Assembly (NCBI GenBank): GCA_964598425.1
Contig: CAZRBV010000005.1
Coordinates: 1-64,000 of the forward strand
Length of the DNA stretch: 64,000 nucleotides
Direction: 5' to 3'
DNA from: an uncultured Isosphaeraceae bacterium
GTDB taxonomy: Bacteria > Planctomycetota > Phycisphaerae > Phycisphaerales > SM1A02
Part shown: positions 1 to 8,235 of the stretch, piece by piece
How the letters are laid out: each line of letters starts with the position of its first letter
Numbering within the stretch: the stretch's first letter is position 1
Made by a program: the position numbers and the translations under genes
Notes under the pieces: generated by a model
Database searches by the model: none
Told to the model about the DNA's origin: nothing
Seen by the model: only the letters and a program-made list of their open reading frames with translations

Positions 1-4
1 CTTG

Positions 5-54
5 CGACGCTGAACTCTCTCACTTAGCGTGGACCTAAGAACGGGGTAAGGTCA
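5..54. repeat. Terminal inverted repeat of an IS3-type element whose body lies upstream of the window (ends ...GGTCA at position 54)
   Basis: Positions 5-54 are the reverse complement of 10336-10385 with 3 mismatches in 50 nt. The outer terminus is TGACC..., typical of an IS3-family TG...CA end. The similarity stops at 54/55 and at 10335/10336. Confidence 0.5.
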
Positions 55-150
55 GTTACATGATGTTGGTATGATGCGTTGTCCCCATGGTGCATGTCTG
101 GTGCGCCGGATGGACAAGTCACGTTGAGACGAATCAGGAAAGGCAGAGAG

Positions 151-2607
151 ATGAACAAATCTCATGGTGCTGCGTGGCGAGGGCGATTCCTTGGTCGCAG
201 GAGTCTCATGATTATCGGGGGCAGTGCGATGCTTTGTGCTGGTGGCTGTAGCGTGTCACGCTGGGTAGCAATTTCAGCAAGCCAAGGTGGCGCTGCGGAC
301 GTTATGGTGGATGGCTCCCCCGTTGGATCGGCTGGGAGGAACCGACCTTCGATACAGAAGCTTGTGTGGGGTAGTGAGTCGGCGGAACATACGATCCGGG
401 TCACCTCCCGCGCTACCAACTACGGGTGGGCAGAAAAGACCTTGACGCAGGCTGACGCAAAGGGCTGGCGCGATGGGATTTCTCAAGAGACGCCGCACGA
501 GGAGTTCTTGGAGCCACTTCAGTTGAGGAGCACGGTCCCACTTGAAGTCACGGGGCATATTGAGGGTGGCAAAGACGACTCGCTGAAATGGAGAATTGAC
601 GGCGAGCCGAATCCAGGGGACGTGACCTTTACGCGGCGCCAGCAGGGTGATGGTAAACCGGCCTCTTGGAAAGCTCCCTCGCTCACTGTCATCAAGGAGT
701 ACTACAAGCCGAAATCGATCATAGTTAACTCGGATCAAGTGGACGAGGTCTGGTCCGAGAATGAGAATGACGTTGAACTCAAATACAACCAATCCGGTGT
801 GGATGTCTTTGTGGAGCTTAGTGGCATCAAGCGAAATGTGCCAATCGACGTGACGCCTCGATCCACCACGGTTACCGTGAAAGACGCCAAGGGGTCAAGA
901 CTTCAGAGGACTGATGGGCAAATCGAGTTGACGTGGACTGACGACGCCGAGACCGCCATGATTGAGTTGAGCAAGGAAGACTTCTTTTCAGAGAAGATAA
1001 AGCTCCACCGGTCACGGGCTCAGAATAGAAAATCAGAGCTTGAGGTCAAGCAGAGTCTCACCAAGCAATTCGAGCGGCCCACATTGAAGTTGAATATTGA
1101 GATGGCCGAGCGGATAGGGGCTTGGGTCGATTTGGTAGATATCAACACGAAGAAGTTGGAGAGCGATCGCATTACAGTTCTGTTGGATTCCAAGCCCCTG
1201 AGCGGGGATTGGGAGGTCAAAGAGGACGATCCAAATACTGTAGACGTAGATGAATCAGAGCTCGTCTTTACGACCGAACTTCTGTTTGAGCGAAAGGCAA
1301 GGCGCGATCGCAAGTATGGGGATCGAGCTTTGGAAATCCTTGTATCCGACCATTACCCATATCAGTCGGGCATCGGTGCCAAAAAAGCCACAGCATTGAA
1401 GCCGCATCGTGTCGAGACGCCGTGGCGCGGTGACATCTCATATTCAGCAGTGCTAGGCCCGAAGAACACGATCCCGGTCAATATTGGTTTCACGCCAGTT
1501 ACTGCGATGCAAACGATTGGTCACCATATCGATTGGTCCGGAGACGGCGCAGATGTCGTTTCCAAGGACTATTGGATCAACCTCCGGGACACGGAGTACC
1601 GGGATTGGAGTCTCATCTTGGCGTTGGGAGAAGGCAGGAGGGAAGATCTCATTGTTGGCCGAATGGCGATTCGCCCAAACCCGGATGGCTCTAGGGATGC
1701 AGCTACGGAAGTTGCATACAACTATCGCCCGCACGATACGAAAGGTGCCTCGCCAAGCGATTCTACGCGTGTGAGCGTGGGTGTTATCAAGGATGCCGCT
1801 GGTGAGTCGCCGGTGACTGCCGACTTCAGGAACAAGGAGGCGATAGGGCCATGGTACTCAAGTGACGGCGAGAAGATCTACGCAGTATCGCGGTCACATC
1901 CCACACCGAATTACGGGTACCAGCCCAAACATCGCAACGCAGATATGACTGCCGATGCCCTTAAGGCTGTTTTTCCACTATATGGTGCCCAGCCTCATGT
2001 CGCGGAGTTTAGTGAGGGTGGGAATGGGGGACGGGTGTGTACCGAGGTAAAATGGGGCCCTGCCAAGGTGTCGACGAACAAGGGGATTGCCTACTATGAG
2101 CCTGGCTCAGTTGGTAAAGTCGAGCTCGCTACTCAACGCGAGAATGGCAATCATTGGGGGCCTGCTTTGTGGGAGGACAGGGGCGGCAGCGGCTTTTGGG
2201 TCGCCTACAAAGCTCGCCATGGAGTGTACGGTGACATGTACACGATTTGGGTTGAGAATGATTTGGGGGAGAGCCATGAGATTACTGACGAGAAGCCGAT
2301 GCGATCTATCGACGGCATGTGTTGGGGCCCCAAGGGCGAATATCTGATTTACGCAGGCGTCGAGAAGAACGCGCCTCGAGACGGAGTGACTCAGGACTAT
2401 GACTGCAGCCTGTGGGCGGTCCGCTTGCGTACCGGCGAGCACCGTCAGCTGACTACGTGGACCGGTTACGAGGGCTTCCCCCAGATGAACGAAGAGGGAG
2501 ATAAAATCTACTTCATCTCGAATGCAACTGCTGTTGATGCAGCCGACTCTGATTCGCCCCCATGGACGCACTGGGGCATTTACCGCATTGATTGGGAGCC
2601 GGAATGA
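151..2607 (+). CDS. Large exported lipoprotein with a C-terminal TolB-like beta-propeller (WD40-like) region; function unknown
   Basis: ORF 79..2607. The likely true start is ATG 151 (MNKSHG...) after a GGAAAGG/AGAGAG purine-rich stretch. The N-terminus has a basic n-region, a hydrophobic core and a Cys lipobox-like motif (LMIIGGSAMLCAGGCS). The C-terminal third has repeated W/Y-rich TolB-like propeller motifs (GEYLIYAG...GDKIYFIS). Confidence 0.55.
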   Translation: MNKSHGAAWRGRFLGRRSLMIIGGSAMLCAGGCSVSRWVAISASQGGAADVMVDGSPVGSAGRNRPSIQKLVWGSESAEHTIRVTSRATNYGWAEKTLTQADAKGWRDGISQETPHEEFLEPLQLRSTVPLEVTGHIEGGKDDSLKWRIDGEPNPGDVTFTRRQQGDGKPASWKAPSLTVIKEYYKPKSIIVNSDQVDEVWSENENDVELKYNQSGVDVFVELSGIKRNVPIDVTPRSTTVTVKDAKGSRLQRTDGQIELTWTDDAETAMIELSKEDFFSEKIKLHRSRAQNRKSELEVKQSLTKQFERPTLKLNIEMAERIGAWVDLVDINTKKLESDRITVLLDSKPLSGDWEVKEDDPNTVDVDESELVFTTELLFERKARRDRKYGDRALEILVSDHYPYQSGIGAKKATALKPHRVETPWRGDISYSAVLGPKNTIPVNIGFTPVTAMQTIGHHIDWSGDGADVVSKDYWINLRDTEYRDWSLILALGEGRREDLIVGRMAIRPNPDGSRDAATEVAYNYRPHDTKGASPSDSTRVSVGVIKDAAGESPVTADFRNKEAIGPWYSSDGEKIYAVSRSHPTPNYGYQPKHRNADMTADALKAVFPLYGAQPHVAEFSEGGNGGRVCTEVKWGPAKVSTNKGIAYYEPGSVGKVELATQRENGNHWGPALWEDRGGSGFWVAYKARHGVYGDMYTIWVENDLGESHEITDEKPMRSIDGMCWGPKGEYLIYAGVEKNAPRDGVTQDYDCSLWAVRLRTGEHRQLTTWTGYEGFPQMNEEGDKIYFISNATAVDAADSDSPPWTHWGIYRIDWEPE

Positions 2608-2675
2608 CTCAGATGCCGATTCACCAGGACCAGGCACCCTGCCGATCGCTCGGACTGGCAGTCTCTCCGGGCCTG

Positions 2676-3581
2676 TTACGCATCAGTTCCGACAGGCGGA
2701 GCCCACTCGAAGAGTCGATCTAGCGTGAGTGTGCCCTGTTTATGCATGGCGGCGATCCAATGACGTGCGCTATAGGTCTGCTGACTCCGGTCGCCACCAA
2801 TGCGAATCCATGTTCCCGCGTTGTTATGGGGTTGGCCGATTTGTATTCGTACCCACGCATCGATGACATCGACGTTCTCGCCCGTGCAGGGTGGCGGCGA
2901 TGCGCAATCGGAGGCAGTGTCGTCATTGCATGGTGATTGCAAGACGAGAAGCAGCTGCGCGTATTCGGCAAACAAAGCAGTGGACGACGGATTGCCGGGC
3001 GCGGGCTCAGCGAGAAGCCACATGTGTGGCCGCGCAGCGTTGGACGCCGATGCGTCGTGCAGCATGACGTCCATGTCGCCCTGAAGTGTGCTGGCCGTCA
3101 TCCATGGCGCGTGCCGCGTAGCATCAGTTCGCGCGCCGATTGAGGCGGCAACAGGGCAGAAGACAACATCGAGTCCACTTGCCGCCGCTTGAATCAGTTG
3201 ATTGACAACATCATCCTGGTTGCTGTGTGTGGGAAAGCCGCGGCCGGAGATCCACATCGCCCACTGGCGAATGGCGGGGTCGTCAGCCTGGCTGGCTCGA
3301 AGCGCAGCGAGCGAATCGCTCAGAGAATCGGCGGGAGGGGGGCCGCCGCCCTGCGATGCCCGGTCGTGTTTGAGGAGCCGCAGAAGATCGTCTGCTTGCA
3401 GGTCCAAGGCCGTAGCCAGTTCGACAATCACATCCTCGTTGGTGAGCCGAGTGCCGGTTTCAATCTGTGAGACCCACTGCAGGGTCCGGCCGACCTCGCT
3501 GGCCAGACGGCTCTGGGTCCATCGAAGAACCTTTCGGCGGCGGCGGACCGCTGTGCCAAGTTGGGTTGTAGGCTTTCGCAT
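2676..3581 (-). CDS. XRE-family helix-turn-helix transcriptional regulator with a ~220-aa uncharacterised C-terminal domain
   Basis: N-terminal LRWTQSRLASEVGRTLQWVSQIETGTRLTNEDVIVELATALD is a canonical HTH_3/Cro-C1 motif. No peptidase HEXXH or other recognisable motif was found in the C-terminal 220 aa. Confidence 0.7.
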   Translation of the reverse strand: MRKPTTQLGTAVRRRRKVLRWTQSRLASEVGRTLQWVSQIETGTRLTNEDVIVELATALDLQADDLLRLLKHDRASQGGGPPPADSLSDSLAALRASQADDPAIRQWAMWISGRGFPTHSNQDDVVNQLIQAAASGLDVVFCPVAASIGARTDATRHAPWMTASTLQGDMDVMLHDASASNAARPHMWLLAEPAPGNPSSTALFAEYAQLLLVLQSPCNDDTASDCASPPPCTGENVDVIDAWVRIQIGQPHNNAGTWIRIGGDRSQQTYSARHWIAAMHKQGTLTLDRLFEWAPPVGTDA

Positions 3582-3906
3582 GGCTCGATTCTACTCTCGC
3601 CCAAAATTCAATGCAACATGTAGAATAATGTGCCAAGCCATGAGTATTGCTCGCCTGGCAAATGGAAAAACAGGAATTGTGCTTCAATGACAGGCTGTCT
3701 CTTGGGTCCATGGGCCGATTTCAACAAAATCAACTCAAATGACCGTGCAATATGTTGACATAGCGAGAATCGCTTGAGATAGTTCGCCAAGCTGACCGAA
3801 GGGGCGGGGAGTGTCTTGGCCTGGGGGCGACCCTGGGGCACCCCTCGTTCCCGGCCAGTCAACAGGACATGGGCCACGGTGAGGCCCAACGTGGAGACAC
3901 AATGCA

Positions 3907-4287
3907 ATGAAACACCTTCTTACCTCCATTTCAATTGCCGCGATGTCGCTGGTGGTTGGGTGCACCCGGTCGCCAGAGGTGATCGGTACAAGTCCCGCAC
4001 TGTGGCACCAGGCCACATCGGGGTACATCGACGGAATCGCAACAGGCGAGGCTGATGCCAGTGCCATGTCCGACGCGGCAGACACGCCGTCTCGCCGTAT
4101 GACGTCGAGCGATTTGCAGGCTGCAAATGATGCCCTCGTCGCAGCGAGGGGTGGCAACTGGTCTGAAATGAACTCCGCCATTACGGCCATTCATGACGCG
4201 GACATACGCAAGGCAACCGTCGACTCGCTCTCGGACTCAGGCTTTCCCGTCTCCGAGGCATTGGCCATGAAAGGAAGCCAGCGATGA
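3907..4287 (+). CDS. Small lipoprotein, function unknown
   Basis: Signal peptide with lipobox (SLVVGCTRS). Its stop overlaps the next start (ATGA at 4284-4287). Confidence 0.5.
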   Translation: MKHLLTSISIAAMSLVVGCTRSPEVIGTSPALWHQATSGYIDGIATGEADASAMSDAADTPSRRMTSSDLQAANDALVAARGGNWSEMNSAITAIHDADIRKATVDSLSDSGFPVSEALAMKGSQR

Positions 4288-5123
4288 CATTACTACAACG
4301 AACAATCCTGCCCTTGATCACGACCGCCTCAGCATTTGCAGCAGATGGTCCTGTGACCGACACCAGTCGGCTCCAGCTTCAGCGAGACATGCAGTTCAGC
4401 AGAACGCAAGCAGCGATGATTGAACAGGAGGCGGCGCCTATCAACGAGGCCGTGCGCCTGATCAACGAAGCAGTGTCGCAGCGACAGGCGGGGAACCTCC
4501 ACGCGGCAGCTGATCTGCAGGTTCAGGCCTATCAGCAATTTGAGGCTGCGTATCCATCGGTTCGATCGGGCCTCAACTCATTGGGGAAGAGCCTGCTTGG
4601 GATGTACTCGTCGAGCTACGGAGATCCAGATGTGGCGGCCGACAAACGGCGGCGGCTTCAATCACTCGCGCGTGCGAAGGCCTCAGAGCTTATGGCTGCG
4701 CGAGCAACCGGTGACGAGTTCCGCTCCAAAATGCTAGAGATGCAGGCGAGGACCCTCCGGCTTGAGCTTGAGGGTGTCAAGGCACTTGGTCGCGGCGAAG
4801 GTGGCATTGCAAGGATTCGCGGTGGTATCGAACGTGCTGTTCTGATCAACCAGAAGCGACTGCTTGAGCTTGAGTACGCGCGGCTCACGTTGGAAACGGT
4901 TTCTACGCTCGCGGGTATTGGTCGCGTTCCAGGCGTAGATCTGGACTTCAGTGAACTCGGCCCGGACCGGCTCTGGCAGGTGCTCGATGACACGATCGAC
5001 GATCTGGCACTCAGCGACGAGGAATTCGATTCGGACCCGCTGCTTGGCGGAAGTGCCAGTGTGATCGATGACGATTTCGAGAACTGGATTATGGCCAACA
5101 ACGAAACAGGAGTAGTGAAATGA
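4284..5123 (+). CDS. Secreted coiled-coil protein, function unknown
   Basis: N-terminal signal peptide (LPLITTASAFAADG), heptad-like Q/A/L/R-rich middle region and an acidic C-terminus. Start/stop coupled to both flanking genes. Confidence 0.5.
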   Translation: MTLLQRTILPLITTASAFAADGPVTDTSRLQLQRDMQFSRTQAAMIEQEAAPINEAVRLINEAVSQRQAGNLHAAADLQVQAYQQFEAAYPSVRSGLNSLGKSLLGMYSSSYGDPDVAADKRRRLQSLARAKASELMAARATGDEFRSKMLEMQARTLRLELEGVKALGRGEGGIARIRGGIERAVLINQKRLLELEYARLTLETVSTLAGIGRVPGVDLDFSELGPDRLWQVLDDTIDDLALSDEEFDSDPLLGGSASVIDDDFENWIMANNETGVVK

Positions 5124-5551
5124 AAGCGATCACAACAACGATTCTGATGCTGCTGCTCTCAGCGACAGCCGTTCACGGTCAGGTTGTGCCGCAAGACCAG
5201 GTTGAGGCCTATCAAGCGGCATCGGCTGAAGAAGCTCGGCTCTCTGACATCATCGTCGAGCGTCTCGCGGATCTGGCGAGTGCTGAGTCCAAGGGTTTCG
5301 AGAAACAGGCAGCGGACATACGTGAGCAGCTTCGCGTGCTGCGAATTCGACGAGATCAGGAAGTGTGGCAGGTAGAGCTGCTTGTTGGTCGACATGGCGA
5401 CGCCATTCGCCGCGAGGGAAATCAGCCAAAGATCCCGCCGACAGCCGATATCGAATCGAATTGGCGCGTCCGAAATGCCGCCAATGCTCGAGCGGCGCTT
5501 GCCCGCCGGCTGCGCTCTATTGAACACACATGGATCAAACAGACACACTGA
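5120..5551 (+). CDS. Small secreted protein, function unknown
   Basis: Signal peptide MKAITTTILMLLLSATAVHGQ. Its start overlaps the previous stop. Confidence 0.5.
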   Translation: MKAITTTILMLLLSATAVHGQVVPQDQVEAYQAASAEEARLSDIIVERLADLASAESKGFEKQAADIREQLRVLRIRRDQEVWQVELLVGRHGDAIRREGNQPKIPPTADIESNWRVRNAANARAALARRLRSIEHTWIKQTH

Positions 5552-5562
5552 GGAGCTGAACT

Positions 5563-6273
5563 ATGTTTCGAACGAAGACCTATCACAGTGTTCCGGCAGT
5601 AGCGTTGCTCGGGAGCATTCTTCTGACCAGTCCTGGATGCGATCAGCAGTCTCCGGAAGTGGACATTACGCGTGTCCCACTTCCACCGCCGGTGGCGATG
5701 GTGCCTGTTTCCAAGATCGAGCCGGTGAAGCAATCTGAACCCGAGGCGGCGCCGGAACTGTCCGCCGAACCAGAGCCGGATCCGGAGCCGATCGCAACGC
5801 CGACTCCGGCGCCAACCCCTTCCGAAACAGCTGTCAAGGACGGCGTTGACGGCGAGGTTTGGCAATGGGATATCAACGTGCACGATCTACGAAGCCTCAT
5901 TTCAGATGGCGACATTGCGCTGATCCGCGCCAAGGATGCGATGAGCCCCGAGTACAAACTGAAGCGATTCACCTATCTCAATGGCAGGTGGCGACCAGGC
6001 GGCGGTGATCTCTCGTCTTATTCTCTGGATTGCCGGATCCTCAACACCACCTGGGGCAGTTTGTACAACGACCTTCCCGGACTGAAGTCAAGCACGGACC
6101 GGTGGCTGATCGCCATGCCAAGCAGCTTCATGGCGATTGTTGGTGATCTTCGCGCATCCCACGGCGAAGAAGGTTTTGAAGTGCAACTCCATACCAGTCC
6201 AGGAGGACTGATCGCCTCCTTCACCGATTCCTCGGGCATGCCGATTCGCACTCCCATCACAATTGGAGGGTGA
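5563..6273 (+). CDS. Lipoprotein with a Pro/Glu-rich linker, function unknown
   Basis: Lipobox LLTSPGCDQQ. A PEPEPDPEPIATPTPAPTP linker is followed by a globular C-terminal domain. Confidence 0.5.
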   Translation: MFRTKTYHSVPAVALLGSILLTSPGCDQQSPEVDITRVPLPPPVAMVPVSKIEPVKQSEPEAAPELSAEPEPDPEPIATPTPAPTPSETAVKDGVDGEVWQWDINVHDLRSLISDGDIALIRAKDAMSPEYKLKRFTYLNGRWRPGGGDLSSYSLDCRILNTTWGSLYNDLPGLKSSTDRWLIAMPSSFMAIVGDLRASHGEEGFEVQLHTSPGGLIASFTDSSGMPIRTPITIGG

Positions 6274-6277
6274 TTCT

Positions 6278-6685
6278 ATGCATGACTTGATCAGTTTCAT
6301 TCAGCAGTATGCCCGGGGCACTGACATCATCATCGTCGTGCTCCAGGCGCTACTCTTAGCGATGGCAGTCGGCTGCCTCGCAGCCGGCGTGTGGACACGC
6401 ATCTCGGCCACTGTTGGTGGTCCAGCGGCCTGTCGACTGGCCGGGGCAGCCGACTTCATCGCGACGATCGGCCCACTCATTGGTGTTCTTGGAACGGTAT
6501 TGGGTGCGCGCGGCCTTGTGCCTGCGATGACCAACGGTGCTCTGGCAAACGCGAGCATGTCAATGGCGGAGGCTCTCGGTACGACAGCAGTCGGCATTAC
6601 AACCGCCGTCATTGCGCTTGGCGGCGCGGCCCTGCTTGTTCGCCGGGGCAAGCCCGCCGCCGAGGAGGTGCTGCGTGGGTCGTAA
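6278..6685 (+). CDS. MotA/TolQ/ExbB-family proton-channel protein (short form)
   Basis: Family-signature segment ATIGPLIGVLGTVLG ... MAEALGTTAVGITTAVIALGGAAL. GGAGGG sits 7 nt upstream of ATG 6278. The track ORF begins at 6263. Confidence 0.55.
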   Translation: MHDLISFIQQYARGTDIIIVVLQALLLAMAVGCLAAGVWTRISATVGGPAACRLAGAADFIATIGPLIGVLGTVLGARGLVPAMTNGALANASMSMAEALGTTAVGITTAVIALGGAALLVRRGKPAAEEVLRGS

Positions 6686-6695
6686 CGGCACGGTC

Positions 6696-7049
6696 ATGGC
6701 GGATCTGTTCTTTCTACTTTTCCTCGCGGCGTTTCTTAGTGTTGGAAGCGGCGGTACCTGGGAGGGGGAGCCACTGCGCAGGCCAGACATCGGCATTCGC
6801 AACGTTGCCATGGAAAGCGACGCACTGGATGTCCAAGTTGGCGAGAGTGCATGCATGGCACTTGGTCGCCAATGGGACTTCGATGCGATCCCTTCGCTGG
6901 TGACTGCGCTTGCATCCAGAGATTCCCAGACCATCGTTCTGCGAGGTCGCGACGAAGCCTCGTATGGCGCCTATCAGAAACTCGAGCAAGCCCTGCAAGC
7001 TCAGGGACTCACATATGTCCGCCTTGCGGGCGCAGGAGATGAACAATGA
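6696..7049 (+). CDS. ExbD/TolR-family biopolymer transport protein
   Basis: Single N-terminal TM (MADLFFLLFLAAFLSV) followed by a periplasmic domain ending TIVLRGRDEASYGAYQKLEQALQAQGLTYVRLA, the ExbD pattern. Internal ATG at 6696 within track ORF 6537..7049. Confidence 0.6.
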   Translation: MADLFFLLFLAAFLSVGSGGTWEGEPLRRPDIGIRNVAMESDALDVQVGESACMALGRQWDFDAIPSLVTALASRDSQTIVLRGRDEASYGAYQKLEQALQAQGLTYVRLAGAGDEQ

Positions 7050-7570
7050 AGGTACGGAACAACTTGACGTGGTGGCTGTTTGCAGGCGGAACGATTGGTG
7101 TACTTCTCACCGCAGCCATTGTGAGTGCGATGCCAGCATCGAGCGCTGCAGCGAAGCCTGAATCAGTAGGTCTGCGCGTCGAGAACCTCGGTATTTCCGA
7201 TGTTGCAACGCTGGCCGGGGGTCACTTTGTGATCGCTGATTCAACGATTACTTTCGAGCTGAGCGACGGCGTTGTGCCGGCGTGGCGCCAACTCGATGCT
7301 GGTGCCAGACCGGTTCGGAGTCCTGCGTTTGCAGTCAAAGAGATCGGCAATGAGACACCACCGCTTACCGTCTTGATGCGCGCCGACTCGCCAATTGCTG
7401 AGGAATGGAATGCCGCCGTAGATCGAATTCTTCGCCGCGCAGACGATGGGCTGATTGAACTTGTATTGATTCCAGATGGCGACGGAGCTGCCACGTGCTA
7501 CGGCTTGTTTGCTCCAGCCAATGGTGCTGCGGCGACCGTCATGCTTGCAAGTGTCGCCGATGGGATCTGA
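7046..7570 (+). CDS. Membrane-anchored periplasmic protein, possibly a second ExbD/TolR-like subunit
   Basis: Start overlaps the ExbD stop (ATGA). N-terminal TM (LTWWLFAGGTIGVLLTAAIV). C-terminal PLTVLMRADSPI...LIELVLIPDG loosely resembles ExbD. Confidence 0.35.
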   Translation: MKVRNNLTWWLFAGGTIGVLLTAAIVSAMPASSAAAKPESVGLRVENLGISDVATLAGGHFVIADSTITFELSDGVVPAWRQLDAGARPVRSPAFAVKEIGNETPPLTVLMRADSPIAEEWNAAVDRILRRADDGLIELVLIPDGDGAATCYGLFAPANGAAATVMLASVADGI

Positions 7571-7620
7571 AGACAGATGGCAACAGCGAGCGAGTGGAGC
7601 GCTGTTGCGGGAGCGGACTC

Positions 7621-7929
7621 ATGATTCGATACATCATCAAAGGAATCTTGGTGCTGATCACATTCGCTATCGGTCTCAGTGGAGCCTGGTGGATTTGGTG
7701 CGAACCGATCGGCGATCTTGCGTCGTCTGTCGTTCAAGGAGATCCATGTACCATCGTTGGCCGAGTTGTGGAGCGAGCGCCGCAGGCCTTTGCGGTCGCG
7801 GATCTCTCCGGCACCACGTGGGTGTTGACAAACGATCCGATCTCCCCTGGATCGTTTGTCGTCGTTCATGGCATCGTGGCTGGTAACGCGATCGTCACGG
7901 AGTCGTGGAGGCTTGCAGCGGGGTACTGA
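7621..7929 (+). CDS. Small membrane-anchored protein, function unknown
   Basis: Internal ATG (MIRYIIKGILVLITFAIGLSGAWW) gives a TM anchor plus a ~80-aa domain. The upstream part of the track ORF overlaps the previous gene. Confidence 0.35.
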   Translation: MIRYIIKGILVLITFAIGLSGAWWIWCEPIGDLASSVVQGDPCTIVGRVVERAPQAFAVADLSGTTWVLTNDPISPGSFVVVHGIVAGNAIVTESWRLAAGY

Positions 7930-8235
7930 TTGATATCACTACGGCATATGCACGTTCGTTCCTTTGGTTGAGAGCCGTGGCTCGGGCCCCCGACCAGTTT
8001 TGTCAGACGCTGCCCTCGCTCGGAGCGGATCGCTGCCGTGTGACGATATTGGCTGAATCATGAATTCGGCCACGGGGAGCCACCGCGAGGGCTGATAGAA
8101 CCGCTGCGGCACGACTTTGAGTTCTCGGCAGTCTGTCTAAGCCATGTCGCGGTTTGACATCAGGGGATGGAGTGGCGAGTAAACCGTTTGCATTGAATCA
8201 GCACGTATGGCGGTGCTCCAGCGAGGCAATATGCG

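Noticed and set aside
274-792. 172-aa minus-strand ORF inside the 842-aa lipoprotein gene
   Set aside because: Antisense shadow ORF. Its composition is not protein-like, and the sense frame is continuous for 2.5 kb.
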